Assembly: GCA_014905635.1 (NCBI GenBank)
Contig: JABVCE010000003.1
Coordinates: forward strand, 1,302,001 to 1,366,000
DNA length: 64,000 nt
Origin: Scenedesmus sp. PABB004
Lineage: Eukaryota
Direction of reading: 5' to 3'
Position numbers and translations under genes: made by a program
Part shown: in pieces, positions 1 through 11,000 of the stretch
How positions within the stretch are numbered: the stretch's first letter is position 1
Layout of the letters: every line of letters starts with the position of its first letter
Notes under the pieces: model-generated
The model's input: the letters and a program-made list of their open reading frames with translations, nothing else
What the model was told of the DNA's origin: nothing
Database searches by the model: none

Positions 1-3000
1 AGGAGCTGGCGTTCACCGCGGAGGACAAGAAACAGTACGGCGGCTGGTTCGGCGACGCGCCCGCGCCGAGCGGCAGCGCCAGCGACGGCGAGCCCGGCAG
101 CGACGGCGGCGGCGGCGGGCCCGGCGGCGCGGCGCGCAAGCGGCCGCGCAGCGAGTTCGACGCCCTGCACAGCAGCGACGAGGAGGAGGACGGCGGCGGC
201 GAGGGCGGCGAGGGCAGCGAGGAGTATGACCAGGCCGAGCTGGTGCGCGGTTGGGGATGGGTCGCTGGGTGCCGGGGGACCACGCACGGCGGCAGGCTGC
301 GGGTGGCGCCGCCCGCCCGCCCGCACGCGCGCGCGCCGCCGACCGCCGCGCCCGCGCGCCCGCCCGCAGGAGGCGCTGTGGGAGGCAGAGGAGGCCGGCG
401 GCGGCGCGGGCGCGCAGCAGCCCAGCGGCGGCAGCGGCGGCGAGCAGGGGCTGAGTGATGATGAGGAGGAGGACGAGGAGGAGGAGGAGGAAGAGGAGCT
501 GGATGATGAGCAGCACAGGTGGGTCGCGGCAGCTCAAGCGGGCGGGGCAGCGCGGGCGCGCGCAGCGGCGCGGGGCGCGCACGCGGCCGGGCCGCAGCCC
601 GCCGACGCCTGGGCCGCCCTGCACCGTGGCGCGCGCACAGAGCCATGCTGGCGGCGGCGCTGGGGCGCGACCCGACGGCCGGCGGCGACGGCGGCGGGCG
701 CTCGCGCAAGGCCGCGGCGGTCGCGCGCAACACCGTGGTGGCCGAAGCATACCCAGAGAGCGAGGCGCACGCTGGCGGCGGAGGTGCGTCGACCGCGCTG
801 CAGCGCCGGCCGCAGCGGCAGTGCAGCGGCGTCAGGCGCAGGCGCAGCAGCGGCACTGGCAGTGCCAGCGGCAGCCGCAGCCGCAGCGGCGGCAGCCAAC
901 ATGCAAGCACTGCGTGTAAGGTGGCCGCGGCGTGTTCAGTGCCCGGCTGTCTAAGGGTTTGTGCGAGAGCAGAGCGGCCGATCCAAACGGCTGCAGGGCA
1001 CGGCGGCAGGTGCACCGATCCTTCGCCCTGCCGTGGCGCATGACCCCTGCAGCAACCTGTCGGCCGCACACGCACGCGCCGCCGCGCCACGCGCGCCCAC
1101 GCACGATGGCCGCGGCTGCGCTTGAGTGCTCACCACGTGCGCTGCCGCCGCCGCCGCCGCCGCCGCCGGCCGCCGCGGCGCGCGCGCGCACAGGCGCCGG
1201 CGAGCTGCGGCTGGCGGACCTGCTGGACGGCCTGGGCGCCGGTGGCGGCGCCGCGGCGGCGAGCCTGGGCGGCGCGCGGAAGCTGCTGGAGAAGCTGGAC
1301 CGCGCGGGCGCGCCCGTGTCGGCGCCGCTGCCGCGCAACGTCGCGGAGCGGCTCGAGCGCAAGGCGGGCTACGAGGACACCAAGCAGGACGTGACCAAGT
1401 GGCAGCCGATCGTCAAGGCGCGGCGGCGCCGCGCCGCGCCGCGCGCGCGGGAAGGGGGCTGCGGCCGCCAGCCCCCACCTGCCCGCCTGCCCGCCGCGCT
1501 CGCCGCGCTCGCCGCCCACGCGCGGTCCGCCCGCCGACCCCGCCGCCGCGCAGGCCAACCGCGAGGCGCCGACGCTGCGCTTCACGTCGGCGCGGCACGA
1601 GGTCGCCGCGCCCGCCGCGACGCCCGCGGCGCTGGTGGAGGGCTTCACGCCCAACGCTGAGGACCCGCTGGAAGCCCAGGTGCGCTGCTGCGCCCACTGG
1701 CACCCCCGGCGCGGCTGCCCCACGCTCTGCCGTGCGCGCGTCTGCAGCGAGCGGCCTGCCGCAACGCGCTGCCGCCGCTGCGGCGAACCCCGCGTGCAGG
1801 TCGCGGCGCTGCTGAGCGCGGCGGGGAGCGCGAGCGCGGCTGCCATGGAGGAGGCGGAGCAGGCGCTTGCAGAGAAGGTGGGCTCAGGGCACGGGCGACG
1901 GCCCTGGCGCGCGCCACGCACAGCGCGCGGCGCCGGCTGGACGCCCGCGGCGCCGCCGGCCGACCGCGCCCGCCCGCGCGCGCGCGCGCGCCTGCCCGCC
2001 GCCCGGCCGCGCAGTCGCTGACGCTGGAGGAGGCCAAGGCGCGCGCCGACCGGCTCGCGCGCATGCGGCACCTCCTGTTTTACGCCGAGCTCAAGTCGAA
2101 GCGCCTCGCCAAGATCAAGTCCAAGGAGCACCACCGCCGCGCCAACCGCGCCGCGAAGCGCGCCGCCGCGCGCGTCGCCGAGGCCGGCGGCGACGAGGAG
2201 GCCGCGGCGCGCGCGGCGGCCGAGGACGCCGAATACGACCGCGCCAAGGTGGGTGCGGCGGGCAGGTTGAGAGGGTTTTGTTTGGTTTTGCGCGCTCGAT
2301 CGCGGCCAGGCGCAGCGACAACAACGGCACCGGCACCGGCAGCGCCAGCGGCAGCCGCAGCCGCAGCGGCGGCAGCCAACATGCAAGCACTGCGTGTAAG
2401 GTGGCCGCGGCGTGTTCAGTGCCCGGCTGTCTAAGGGTTTGTGCGAGAGCAGAGCGGCCGATCCAAACGGCTGCAGGGCACGGCGGCAGGTGCACCGATC
2501 CTTCGCCCTGCCGTGGCGCATGACCCCTGCAGCAACCTGTCGGCCGCACACGCACGCGCCGCCGCGCCACCACGCGCGGGGGACGCGCCCGCGCACGCTG
2601 GCCGCGGCCGGCGCCGTGCGCGCGCTCACGCGTCACGGGCGCCGTGCGCGCCGTGCGCGCGCCGCCGCCGCGCAGGAGCGCCTCACGCTGAAGCACAGGA
2701 ACAGCAGCAAGTGGGCGCGGCGCGCGCTCAAGCGCGGGCAGCCGGCGCTGGAGCCGGGGACGCGGGAGGCGATCGCGCAGCAGCTGGCGCTGGGGCAGCA
2801 GCTGCGGCAGTGCGTCGAGGGCCGGCGCGGCAGCGGCAGCGACGGCGAGGGCGGCGGCGGCAGCGGCGACAGGTGCGCAGGCGCGGGGCGCAGGCCGCGC
2901 CGCGCCACGCCGCGCCGCGCCGCGCCTCTGCCGCGCGCGCTGCGCTGACCGCCCCGCTCCGCCGCGCGCCCCGCAGCACCTCTGCGAGCGAGCCGGAGGA

Positions 3001-3711
3001 CGCCGGCGCGGCCGCCGGCGCCAGCGGGCGCGGCATGACCAGCCGGGGGCGCAGGGAGGCGCTGGCGATCCTGCGCGGCCTCGCCGACCCCGGCGCCGAC
3101 GGCGCCGCGGGGCTCGCCGGCGCCGGCGGCGACGGCGGGGCGGGCAAGAAGGGCCTCTTTGCTCTGCCCTTCATGGTCCGCGCGCTGGAGAAGCAGCGCG
3201 CCGCCGCGGCGCAGGAGGCGGCCGCGCTGCTGGGCGCGCTGGAGGAGGGCGGCGAGGAGGGCGACGGCGGCGACGCGTTCGGCGGCGCCGGCGCCGGCGG
3301 CGGCGCGGCGGGGCGGCTCGCATTTGGCGGGAAGCCCGCCGCGCGGCCGCCACCGCGGGCGCGCGCGGACGAGCTGTCGGGGTCGGACGATGAGGAGGAC
3401 GTGGAGGCCAAGGCGGAGCGCCTGGGCCGCCACCTCGCGGGCGAGGCGGCCTCGGACGCGGCGCGCGAGGCGCGCGAGGAGGCGGCGGCCGCGTTGGCGC
3501 TCGCAGCGCGGCAGCCCCGCGCGGCCGCGGCCGGCGGCGGCGCAGCCGGCCTGGCCGCGGCGCGGCAGCAGGAGCCGGAGCTGGGCTTCGTTGAGATTGC
3601 GCTGCCCAGCGGCCAGCAGCAGCAGCAGGCTGGCCCGGCACAGACCGGCGGCGCCGGCGCGCACGCGGGGCTGTTCACCGCCCGGCAGCGGCGCCAGCAG
3701 AAGCAGCAGCA

Positions 3712-3749
<38 letters not shown>

Positions 3750-4837
3750 GCGGCGACGAGCAGCCGAGCACGTCGCAGCCGCCGGGCTTTGTGCCGGCGC
3801 AGAGCTGGCAGGGCGCGCGGCAGGGCTACGCGTTCAAGCGCGGGCCGCAGGGGCTGGGCTATTACGCCGACGACGGCGCCGGTGCAGCTGCGCAGCGCCC
3901 GGCCGGCCGGCAGGGCAAGAAGGGCCGCGGCGGCGGCGCGGCGGGCCAGCCCGCGGCCGGCGCCAACGGCGTCGCGGCGGCGCTGCAGCGGCAGCAGCCG
4001 GCGGGCGGCGACGGCAGCAGCGGCGACGAGGGCGGCCACGGCGACGGCGAGGCGGCAGCCAGGGGCGGCGGGCGCGGCGGGCGCGGCGGCGGCGCGGGCG
4101 CCGCGCCGCCGCCCGCGCCCGCCGGCGCGGAGCACATGCGGCTGCTGTCGGGCGACGCCGACGCGAACCGCGCGATGCTCGCGGCCGCGTTTGCTGCGGA
4201 CGACGTCGAGGCCGACTTTGCCGCCGAGAAGGCGGCCGAGGTCGAGTCGGAGCTGCCGAGCGCCGACGTCGAGGGCGCGCTGCCGGGCTGGGGCGCGTGG
4301 GGCGGCGCGGCGCGCGAGCCCGCGTGGCTCGCGGCGGCCAAGGCCAAGGCCGCGTCGCGGCGCGCGGACGCGGCGGCGGGGCGCAAGGACGCGGCGCTGC
4401 GCAACGTGGTCGTCAGCGAGAAGTGGGACAAGAAGGCCGCCAAGTACCTGGCGCCGAGCCTTCCCTTTCCCTTCCGCGACCGCGAGGCGTACGAGGCGAG
4501 CCTGCGGCAGCCGCTCGGGCGGGAGACCAACCCCGACGCCGCGTTCCGCAACCTCACGCGCCCCGCGGTGCTCAAGGCGACGGGCGCGGTCATCGCGCCC
4601 GCGCGCTTCAGCGCGGCGGCGCAGGCGTACAACGCGGCCGGCGAGGGCGCGGCGCGCGCGGTCGTCACGATCGCGGGCGGCGCGCAGCTGCGCGGCCAGG
4701 CGGCCGGCTCGGGCGCGGGCGGCGTCGGCAAGGGCGCCGCCAAGGGCAAGAAGGCGGCCGGCGGCGGCGGCAAGGCCGGCGCCGCCAAGGCCAAGGGCGG
4801 CGGCAAGCGCGCGCGGCTGCACGAGGCGGCGCGGTGA
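1..4837 (+). CDS. UTP14: U3 snoRNA-associated protein 14 (SSU processome), multi-exon, 5' end lies outside the window
   Basis: Spliced exons give Utp14 motifs ERLERKAGY..KWQPIVK|ANREAPTLRF, MRHLLFYAELKSKRLAKIKSK, AK|ERLTLKHRNSSKWA and LPGWGAWGG...VVVSEKWDKKAAKY..LPFPF...YEASLRQPLGRE. Introns include 784-1193, 1418-1553 (GC-AG) and 2249-2675. Stop TGA ends at 4837. Confidence 0.93.
902..1073 (+). ncRNA. Intronic box H/ACA snoRNA, copy 1 (predicted guide for 18S and 25S rRNA pseudouridylation)
   Basis: Hairpin 1 has upper stem 919-927/944-952 and is followed by H box AGAGCA at 966-971. Hairpin 2 has lower stem GCGGCCGA 974-981/TCGGCCGC 1060-1067 and upper stem 990-998/1045-1053, followed by ACA at 1068-1070. 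Both pockets lie ~14 nt from their box and are complementary to conserved rRNA segments. Located in UTP14 intron 784-1193. Confidence 0.85.
2382..2553 (+). ncRNA. Intronic box H/ACA snoRNA, copy 2 (identical to copy 1)
   Basis: 2344-2570 is identical to 864-1090 (offset 1480). Located in UTP14 intron 2249-2675. Confidence 0.85.
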
Positions 4838-5004
4838 GGAGGGGCGGTCCGTTGACCGACCGCGTGCAGCACGCGGCGCACAGCCTGGGCAATCCGTTCA
4901 CCGCCGGGCGGCTGCGCCCACTCAGGCAGGGGGGCCTGTTCAAGCCTGCGCAGGCAGCTGCCTCAACTCTTGTGACCCCCCGCCCCGCCCCGCGCCTCTG
5001 CGCG

Positions 5005-7137
5005 TCACTGCTGCTGGCGCTGCAGCACTGCCGCAGTGAGGGCCTGCAGCAGCTCGCCGACTGTCATGCGCTGCAGGTCGGGCAGCAGCTCCAGCGCCGC
5101 CCGCTCGCCGAGGCCCGGCCCCGTCGCCGGCTGGCCGCCACGCGGCGGCGCAGCGCGGGTGCCGCCGCTAAGGGCCGCGGCGGCGGCGGCCGGCCCTCCG
5201 CCGTTGGCCTCCGTCCCCTCCTCCGGCCCCTCCTCCGGCAGCAGCAGCTCCGAGAGTGCTGTCGCCCAGCTGCCGCCGCTGCTGGTGCTGCCGCGCGGGC
5301 GGTCGCTGGCACCGGCCTGGTCTCGGCCGGGCGGCAGGTCGCCGCCGCCGTTGCGAGAGAAGGATGACCCCGCTGGCTGCATCTGTGGCGGCGCGGCCCG
5401 CTCCTCCGCGCGGCCGGCCGGCGGCGCCGCGCCCCCGACAGCAGCGCCTTGGCGGCGGCCGCGGACGCCGCTGCGCCGCGCGCCGCCGGCGCCTGCCAGC
5501 CTGGCGCCGCCGCGGCGGCGGCCGCCCCGCGCGGCACTGCGGTCGCCCCGGCCCGGCCAGCGACGCGCGCCTGCTCTCGTAGGACAGGCTGGGCCGGCGC
5601 GTGTAGCTCTGCGCGCCGAGCGCGGTCGACAGCGCGGCGACCGCCTCGCGCTCCTCGTCCTCGTCCGAGCCCTGCTCGCCCTCGCTGCTGCCGCGGCTGG
5701 GGCCGGCTGCCGGCTGCTGCCGCTGCGCCGCGCCTGGCGCGGCGCCCCAGGCGAGCTGTGCAGGCGGCGCCGCCGGCGCCGGCGGCGCCGCCGGCGGCGG
5801 CGGCGGCTCGCCCCAAGCGCCGCCACTGGTTGCGAGGCTGCGCACCTCGGCGCACGCCGCCGCCGCTGGCGGCAGGCCCTGCAGCATCGCGAGCCGCTCG
5901 AGCCGCTCGCTCGGGAGGCGCGCCACGACGTCGGCCAGCACGAGTTGTAGCACCGCCGCGCGGCTGCGCGCGCTCAGCCGCGCGGCGCGGCCGCCCAGGA
6001 CGGCCTGCACGCCCTGCAGGGCCGCGATGCCGCTGCCGAGCTCGGCGGCGCGCGTGGCGAGCTCGGTCGACGTGATGGCGAGCCGGTTGGCCTCCTGCGC
6101 CAGCTGCAGCCGCACGCCCGCCGCCTCGCCGCCGGCGCCGCAGCCGGCCATGCCGAGCCGCGCCGCCTCCAGCGCCTTGCGCCGCTCCGCGGCGGCCTGG
6201 AGCGCGTCCGCCGCCTCCAGCGCGCGGCCCTGGAGCTCGTCCTCCAGCAGCGCCGCCGCGAGCAGCCAGGAAGGCAGCTCGTCCGCCGCCTCGGCTGGCT
6301 GCCCCACGGGCGCGCCCGCTGGCGCAGGCCGCTGCGGCGCCAGCGCGGCCGCCACGGCAGGGTACGCGCCGAGCGCCAAGCCCGCGAGCGTGGCGCCGAG
6401 GTGGTCTGGCGGCGCGGGCCGGCCGGGGCGGGCGCTGCCGCCGCCGGTCATGCCGGGCTGGCCCCCGCTGGCCGGCGCGCGACGATCGTCGCGTGACGAT
6501 GAACTGCTGGCGGCCTGCTGCTGGGGTCCGTGCAGCTCGTACAGCGAGCTGGCAAACGCGGCAAGCACGTTGGGCGGCGGCGTGGCGCCGCTCGTGGCGG
6601 GCGAGGGCGGCGCGGCCGTGCCCGCGTCGAGCGCACCTGGCGGCGCCGCCTTGGCCGCGGCGGCGGGGTCGGCGCCGCGCAAGCCGGCCAGCGACGGGCG
6701 CGGCGCCGCCGCCTGCAGGAGCTGGTGGTGGCTGCGCAGCAGCGCCGGCGAGGGCCGCGGCGACGCGAGGCCCGCCTCGCGCCTGTTGCGCGGCTTCAGC
6801 ATGCCGCGCCCTGCGGTGCGGTCAGCCGCGCGCGCGGCGTGGGCGTGTGGCGCGAGGCGCGCGCGCCGCGGCCGCCGCCGCGCTCACACTTGCGCCACAG
6901 CGACGCCGCGCGCTCCGCAGGCGCCGAGGGGGTCGGCGGCCCCGCGCGCTCCGCTGCCGCGCCCGCCGGCGGCGCCGCAGCCTCCGCCGGCCCCACCTCG
7001 CTGGGGGCGTGCTGGGAGAGCCAGCTGAGCACGCGTTGGTGCGGCGCGCGATCGCTGCCGCCGCTGGGCGCGTGCTGCATCGGCGCGGCCGGCGCCGCGC
7101 TCGCCGGCGGCGGCGGGCCCGCGCGGCGCGGCGGCAT
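5005..7137 (-). CDS. Hypothetical Ala/Pro-rich coiled-coil protein (structure uncertain; apparent frameshift near 5547)
   Basis: Coding-like ORF 5168-6802 (LLEDELQGRALEAADALQAAAERRKALEAARL), a plausible upstream exon at ~6890-7137, and a C-terminal segment ending ELLPDLQRMTVGELLQALTAAVLQRQQQ* in another frame. No recognised domain. Confidence 0.45.
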
Positions 7138-7425
7138 TCCGGGGCCGCCCCGGTTGCGAGGACGGCAAGCTGGATGTGTATCGAGCTGGCTGTCACGGGC
7201 TGCCGTCGCGCCGCGGCCGCTCGCGGCCACACGCGCGCGGCGGGCGTGCGCGGGCTGCGGGGGCCGCCACGGGCGCTCGGACGCGACCGAGGCGCGCCAG
7301 GCTGTGCGGGACGGCGTGCCTGGGGTCGTGCCGCCCGCGGCGGGTGCGCGGCGGCTCGACAGTTACCGGTGCGCGCCGCGCTGCGCCCCGCCCGCAGCGC
7401 CGCGCGCCGCCTCAGCCTGCGGCCC

Positions 7426-7812
7426 TCACTTGCGCCCCGCGGCGGCGGCGGGCACGGAGGCGGCCAGGCCGGGGTGGGAGAGCGCCACGCGCTGCGGATC
7501 GCCTCTGGCCCAGGTGCACGCGGGGTCGCCCAGCTCCACGCCGTTGCTCGCGCCGTCGCCGTCGCTGTCGGCGGCGCAGAGCTCCGGCGTCCAGCGGTAG
7601 CCGGCCGCCTCAAACGCCTGACCGAACGCGTTGCGCGCGCCGCCGCCGGCGCGGTCGACGTGGCCCACGCCCGGCCAGGGCGCGCCGTTGACGACGGGAA
7701 TGGACGGCAGTTCAGACATGAAGCGGGGGAACGCCGCCGCCGGCGCTGCCGCTGCGGCCAGCAGCAGCAGGCCGAGCCCGAGGGCGGTTGGAAGCTGCGC
7801 GCGCGGGGCCAT
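7426..7812 (-). CDS. Small secreted temptin-domain protein
   Basis: Signal peptide [27 protein letters not shown], followed by WPGVGH..GGGARNAFGQAF...WTPELCAADSDGDGASNGVELGDPACTW..SHPG, the characteristic temptin-like motif. The 3' end could be spliced (CAA|GTGAG). Confidence 0.8.
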   Translation of the reverse strand: MAPRAQLPTALGLGLLLLAAAAAPAAAFPRFMSELPSIPVVNGAPWPGVGHVDRAGGGARNAFGQAFEAAGYRWTPELCAADSDGDGASNGVELGDPACTWARGDPQRVALSHPGLAASVPAAAAGRK

Positions 7813-7936
7813 CTCGGCCGCCGCGCTGCCTGCTCGTGCGGGCTGGGGTGAGGGCGGGGCGGGGAGGAATGGGGCGCAGGAGGCGGGCGGCCGCTGCAAG
7901 AGCGGCTGTCACTTGAAGCTGTCACTTTCGGCGCCG

Positions 7937-7966
7937 CGGTTCTGCGGTTAACGGTTCTGCGGTTAA
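7937..7966. repeat. Perfect 15-bp tandem duplication (CGGTTCTGCGGTTAA)x2
   Basis: Read directly; lies between the RecQ stop and the temptin gene start. Confidence 0.85.
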
Positions 7967-8044
7967 CGCGTGGCCGGTGAGCCTTGTGGCGCCCGCGTCG
8001 TGCTGCGCCCACGCGCCGCACGCACGGGGCGCGCCCCTGGTGCC

Positions 8045-11000
8045 TCACGCCATCGCGCGCAGGCCGGCGGCCGCGCCCGCGGCGGCCGCCGCGGCGGCGT
8101 CCTCGGCCTCCCAAAACTCGGCCACCACCGCCTCGCCCACGGTCACAAGCAGCGGGAAGTCCACCGCCGCGAGGCGGCCCCACTCGCGGCAGCCCGCCCA
8201 CGTCGAGGGCGGCACGCCGGGGCTGCCGAGGCCGGCGAGCAGGCGCGCGAGCGCGAGGCCGTTGAAGCGGGCGCGCCCGAGGTCGCGCGCGCGCCCCGCC
8301 ACGCTGCGCAGCGCCGCGCGCAGCTGGCGCGCGAGCGCGTCGGCGCTCGGGCGCTGCACGGGGCAGGGCGCGCCCCAGGGCATCTCGCCCGCCGCCAGCG
8401 CGTCGGCGACCGGGTCGGCGCCGCCGCCCGCGGCCCAGGGCGCGGCGCCCGCGCCCGGCGCGCCCGCGCCAGCGCCCGCCGCCGCCGCGCCGTCCGCCGG
8501 TGCGCACTCGGCCTGCGCCGCCGCGGCAGCCGCGGCGGCGGCCGCCGCCTGCGCGGCCGCCGCGCCGCCGGCGGGCGCGGCGAGGCCGGCGGCCTCGTCC
8601 ATGAAATACTCATCGATCGCGGCGCGCAGGTGGCGCTCCTGCGCGGCGGCGCTGCCGTGGATGGCCGCGCCCGCGAGCGCCGCATAGCATCGGTCCAGGC
8701 GCGACACCGACGCGCGCAGCACCTATCGCGGCACGCCCGGGCGCGAGCGCGGGCGGGCGCGGGCGGCAGCGGCGAGGGTGAGCTGGCGGGCGGCCGGCGG
8801 CGGCGGCCGGCCGCCAGGCCTGCGCGGGGCGCGCCTGCTCGGTGCGCGCGGCGAGCGCGGCGACCAGGCCCTCCCAGTCTGCCGGCTGGCGCTCGAGCCT
8901 CCACACGAGCGCGCCCTGGCGGCCGAGGTCAAAGCCGATCTCCTGCGCCGCCGCGAGCGCCGAGAGCTCCGCCAGCAGCTCGCCGGGCGGGCGGTCCGCG
9001 ACGGAGAGCAGCGCGGGCAGGTGCACCTGCGCGCCGCGCGGCGGCGCTCAGCGCGCTCAGTGCGCCGCTCGGCGGCGTCGCCCGGCAGCGCGCAGAGTGC
9101 CGGGGCAGGCAGGAGTGCGATACGCAGTGCGGCGGCGGACCTTGTAGGTCCCGCCATACTTCCTGCACTTGGCCTCCAGCATCGCAGCCACGACCGGGTG
9201 TTCCGGCGCGAGCGCCTCGGGCGCCCGCCTGCGCGCGCCGGGCGGGCGGCCCGTCGCGCCGCGCGGCTGCCGGCGCGGCATGGCGCGGCGCCGCCGCGAG
9301 CAGCGCTGGCCCGCGCGCGCGAGCAGCACCGGCCCGCACCGGTGGAAGCGCACGTCGATCAACGCCGCCGCGTTGGGCAGCGCCGCGAGGTAGGGCTCGG
9401 TGGGGTCGGCCTGCAGGAAGGAGAGGCAGCCCTCCAGCACCTCCTCAGCGAGGTCCAGCTCAGCGCACGCGGCCGCGAGCGGCAGCGCCCTGTGCGCGGG
9501 GCGGGGCGGGGCGCGGGCGGCACCGCTGTGGGCGGGGCGGGGCGGCCCGCGCCGCCGGGCGCGCCGCCGCGGGCGGCGCGCGAGCGCGCGCGCGCGCGGC
9601 GCCGCACTTGTGCTGGCTCGGCGCGAGCGGCGGCGCGTCGGGCTTGGCCCGCTTGGCCTTGGCCGCGCCGCCGCCGGTGCCGCCGCCGCGCGGCGGCCGC
9701 CGCGCCGGCGGCGCCGGCAGCGTGCCCGGCGCCAGCCCGCCGTCGCGGCCAAACACGGTCGCGAGGAAGCGGCGCAGTGCGCCGGGCGGCGGCGTCGCGC
9801 TGTGCGCGAGCGCGCGCAGCTTCACGTAGTCGCCGTCGTCCAGGAAGAGCAGGCAGGGCGCGACGCGGCCGTCGCGGCCGGCGCGGCCGACCTGCTGCAC
9901 GTACTCCTCGAGCGAGTGCGGCAGCGCCGCGTGCAGCACCGCGCCGAGGTCGGGCTTGTCCAGGCCCATGCCAAACGCGACCGTCGCGACGACGACGCGC
10001 AGCCCGCCGCCGAGGAACGCGCCCTGCAGCGGCGGCGGCGCGTGGCGGGCGGCGCGCGCGCGGCGGGCGGGCGTGAGCGCGGCGCAGCGGCGGCGCGCGC
10101 GGGCGGCGGCCGAGGCGGCGGCGGCGGCGGCGGCGGCGGGGCCCGCAATTCGCGCACCTGCACGGCCTCGCGCTGCGCGAGGGAGAGGCCCGCGTGGTAC
10201 GCGCGCGCCGGCACGCCCGCGCGCTGCAGCTGGCCCGCGAGCGCGTCGGCGGTGGCCTTGAATCCGGCATAGACCACCGCGCTGCCCACGCCCGCGAGCT
10301 CGCCTGCGCGCGGCGTGGCGGGGCGTGGCGGGCGCGCGCGCTCGGCGGCCGTACGGTGCCGCCCTTGCCATCGTCACCGCACCGGCGCCGCGCGCGCACC
10401 CGTGGTGAGCAGCTGCACGATTGCCGCCGCGGTGCCGCCCTTGCTGCCGCCGTTGACGTGCCGCACCGCGAGCCGCAGGTTGGGCCGCAGCGGCGACTCC
10501 ACGAGCTCGCCCTCGGGCGGCACCGCGAGCAGCTGCCGGATGCAGCCGCGCGTCGCGGGCGTCGCGGTCGCCGTGAGCGCCAGCACCGCGCGCGGCGGTA
10601 TGACCTGCGTCAGCAGGTGCCCCAGCCTGCGCGGCGCGCGGCGTGGACGGCGCCGGGTGAGCGGGCTGGGGCTGGCGCGCCACACGCGGCACGCGCGGCA
10701 CACGGGCAAGCACACTCGCATCACACGCAGCACGCGCAGCACGCGCGGCGCGCCCCCTCGCCTGAAGTATGCCGGCCGGAAGCCCTGGCCCCACTCGGCC
10801 ATGCAGTGCGCCTCGTCCACGCACACGAGCGGCAGCGGGCTCAGGCGGCGCAGCAGCGCCATGACGGGGCCCGAGCTCAGCTTCTCTGGCGCGACGTACA
10901 GCAGGCGCAGCTGCCCCGCCTCGGCGCGCTCCAGGATCTGCGTGGTGCGTGCGTGGGCGCGCGCGCGGCACAGGCGGAGTGTGGGTGTTGCGCGTCAGGG

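Noticed and set aside
864..1090. Duplicated intronic segment as a MITE, introner or CRISPR-like repeat
   Set aside because: No terminal inverted repeats, target-site duplication or spacer array, and it does not span whole introns. The H/ACA architecture explains it better.
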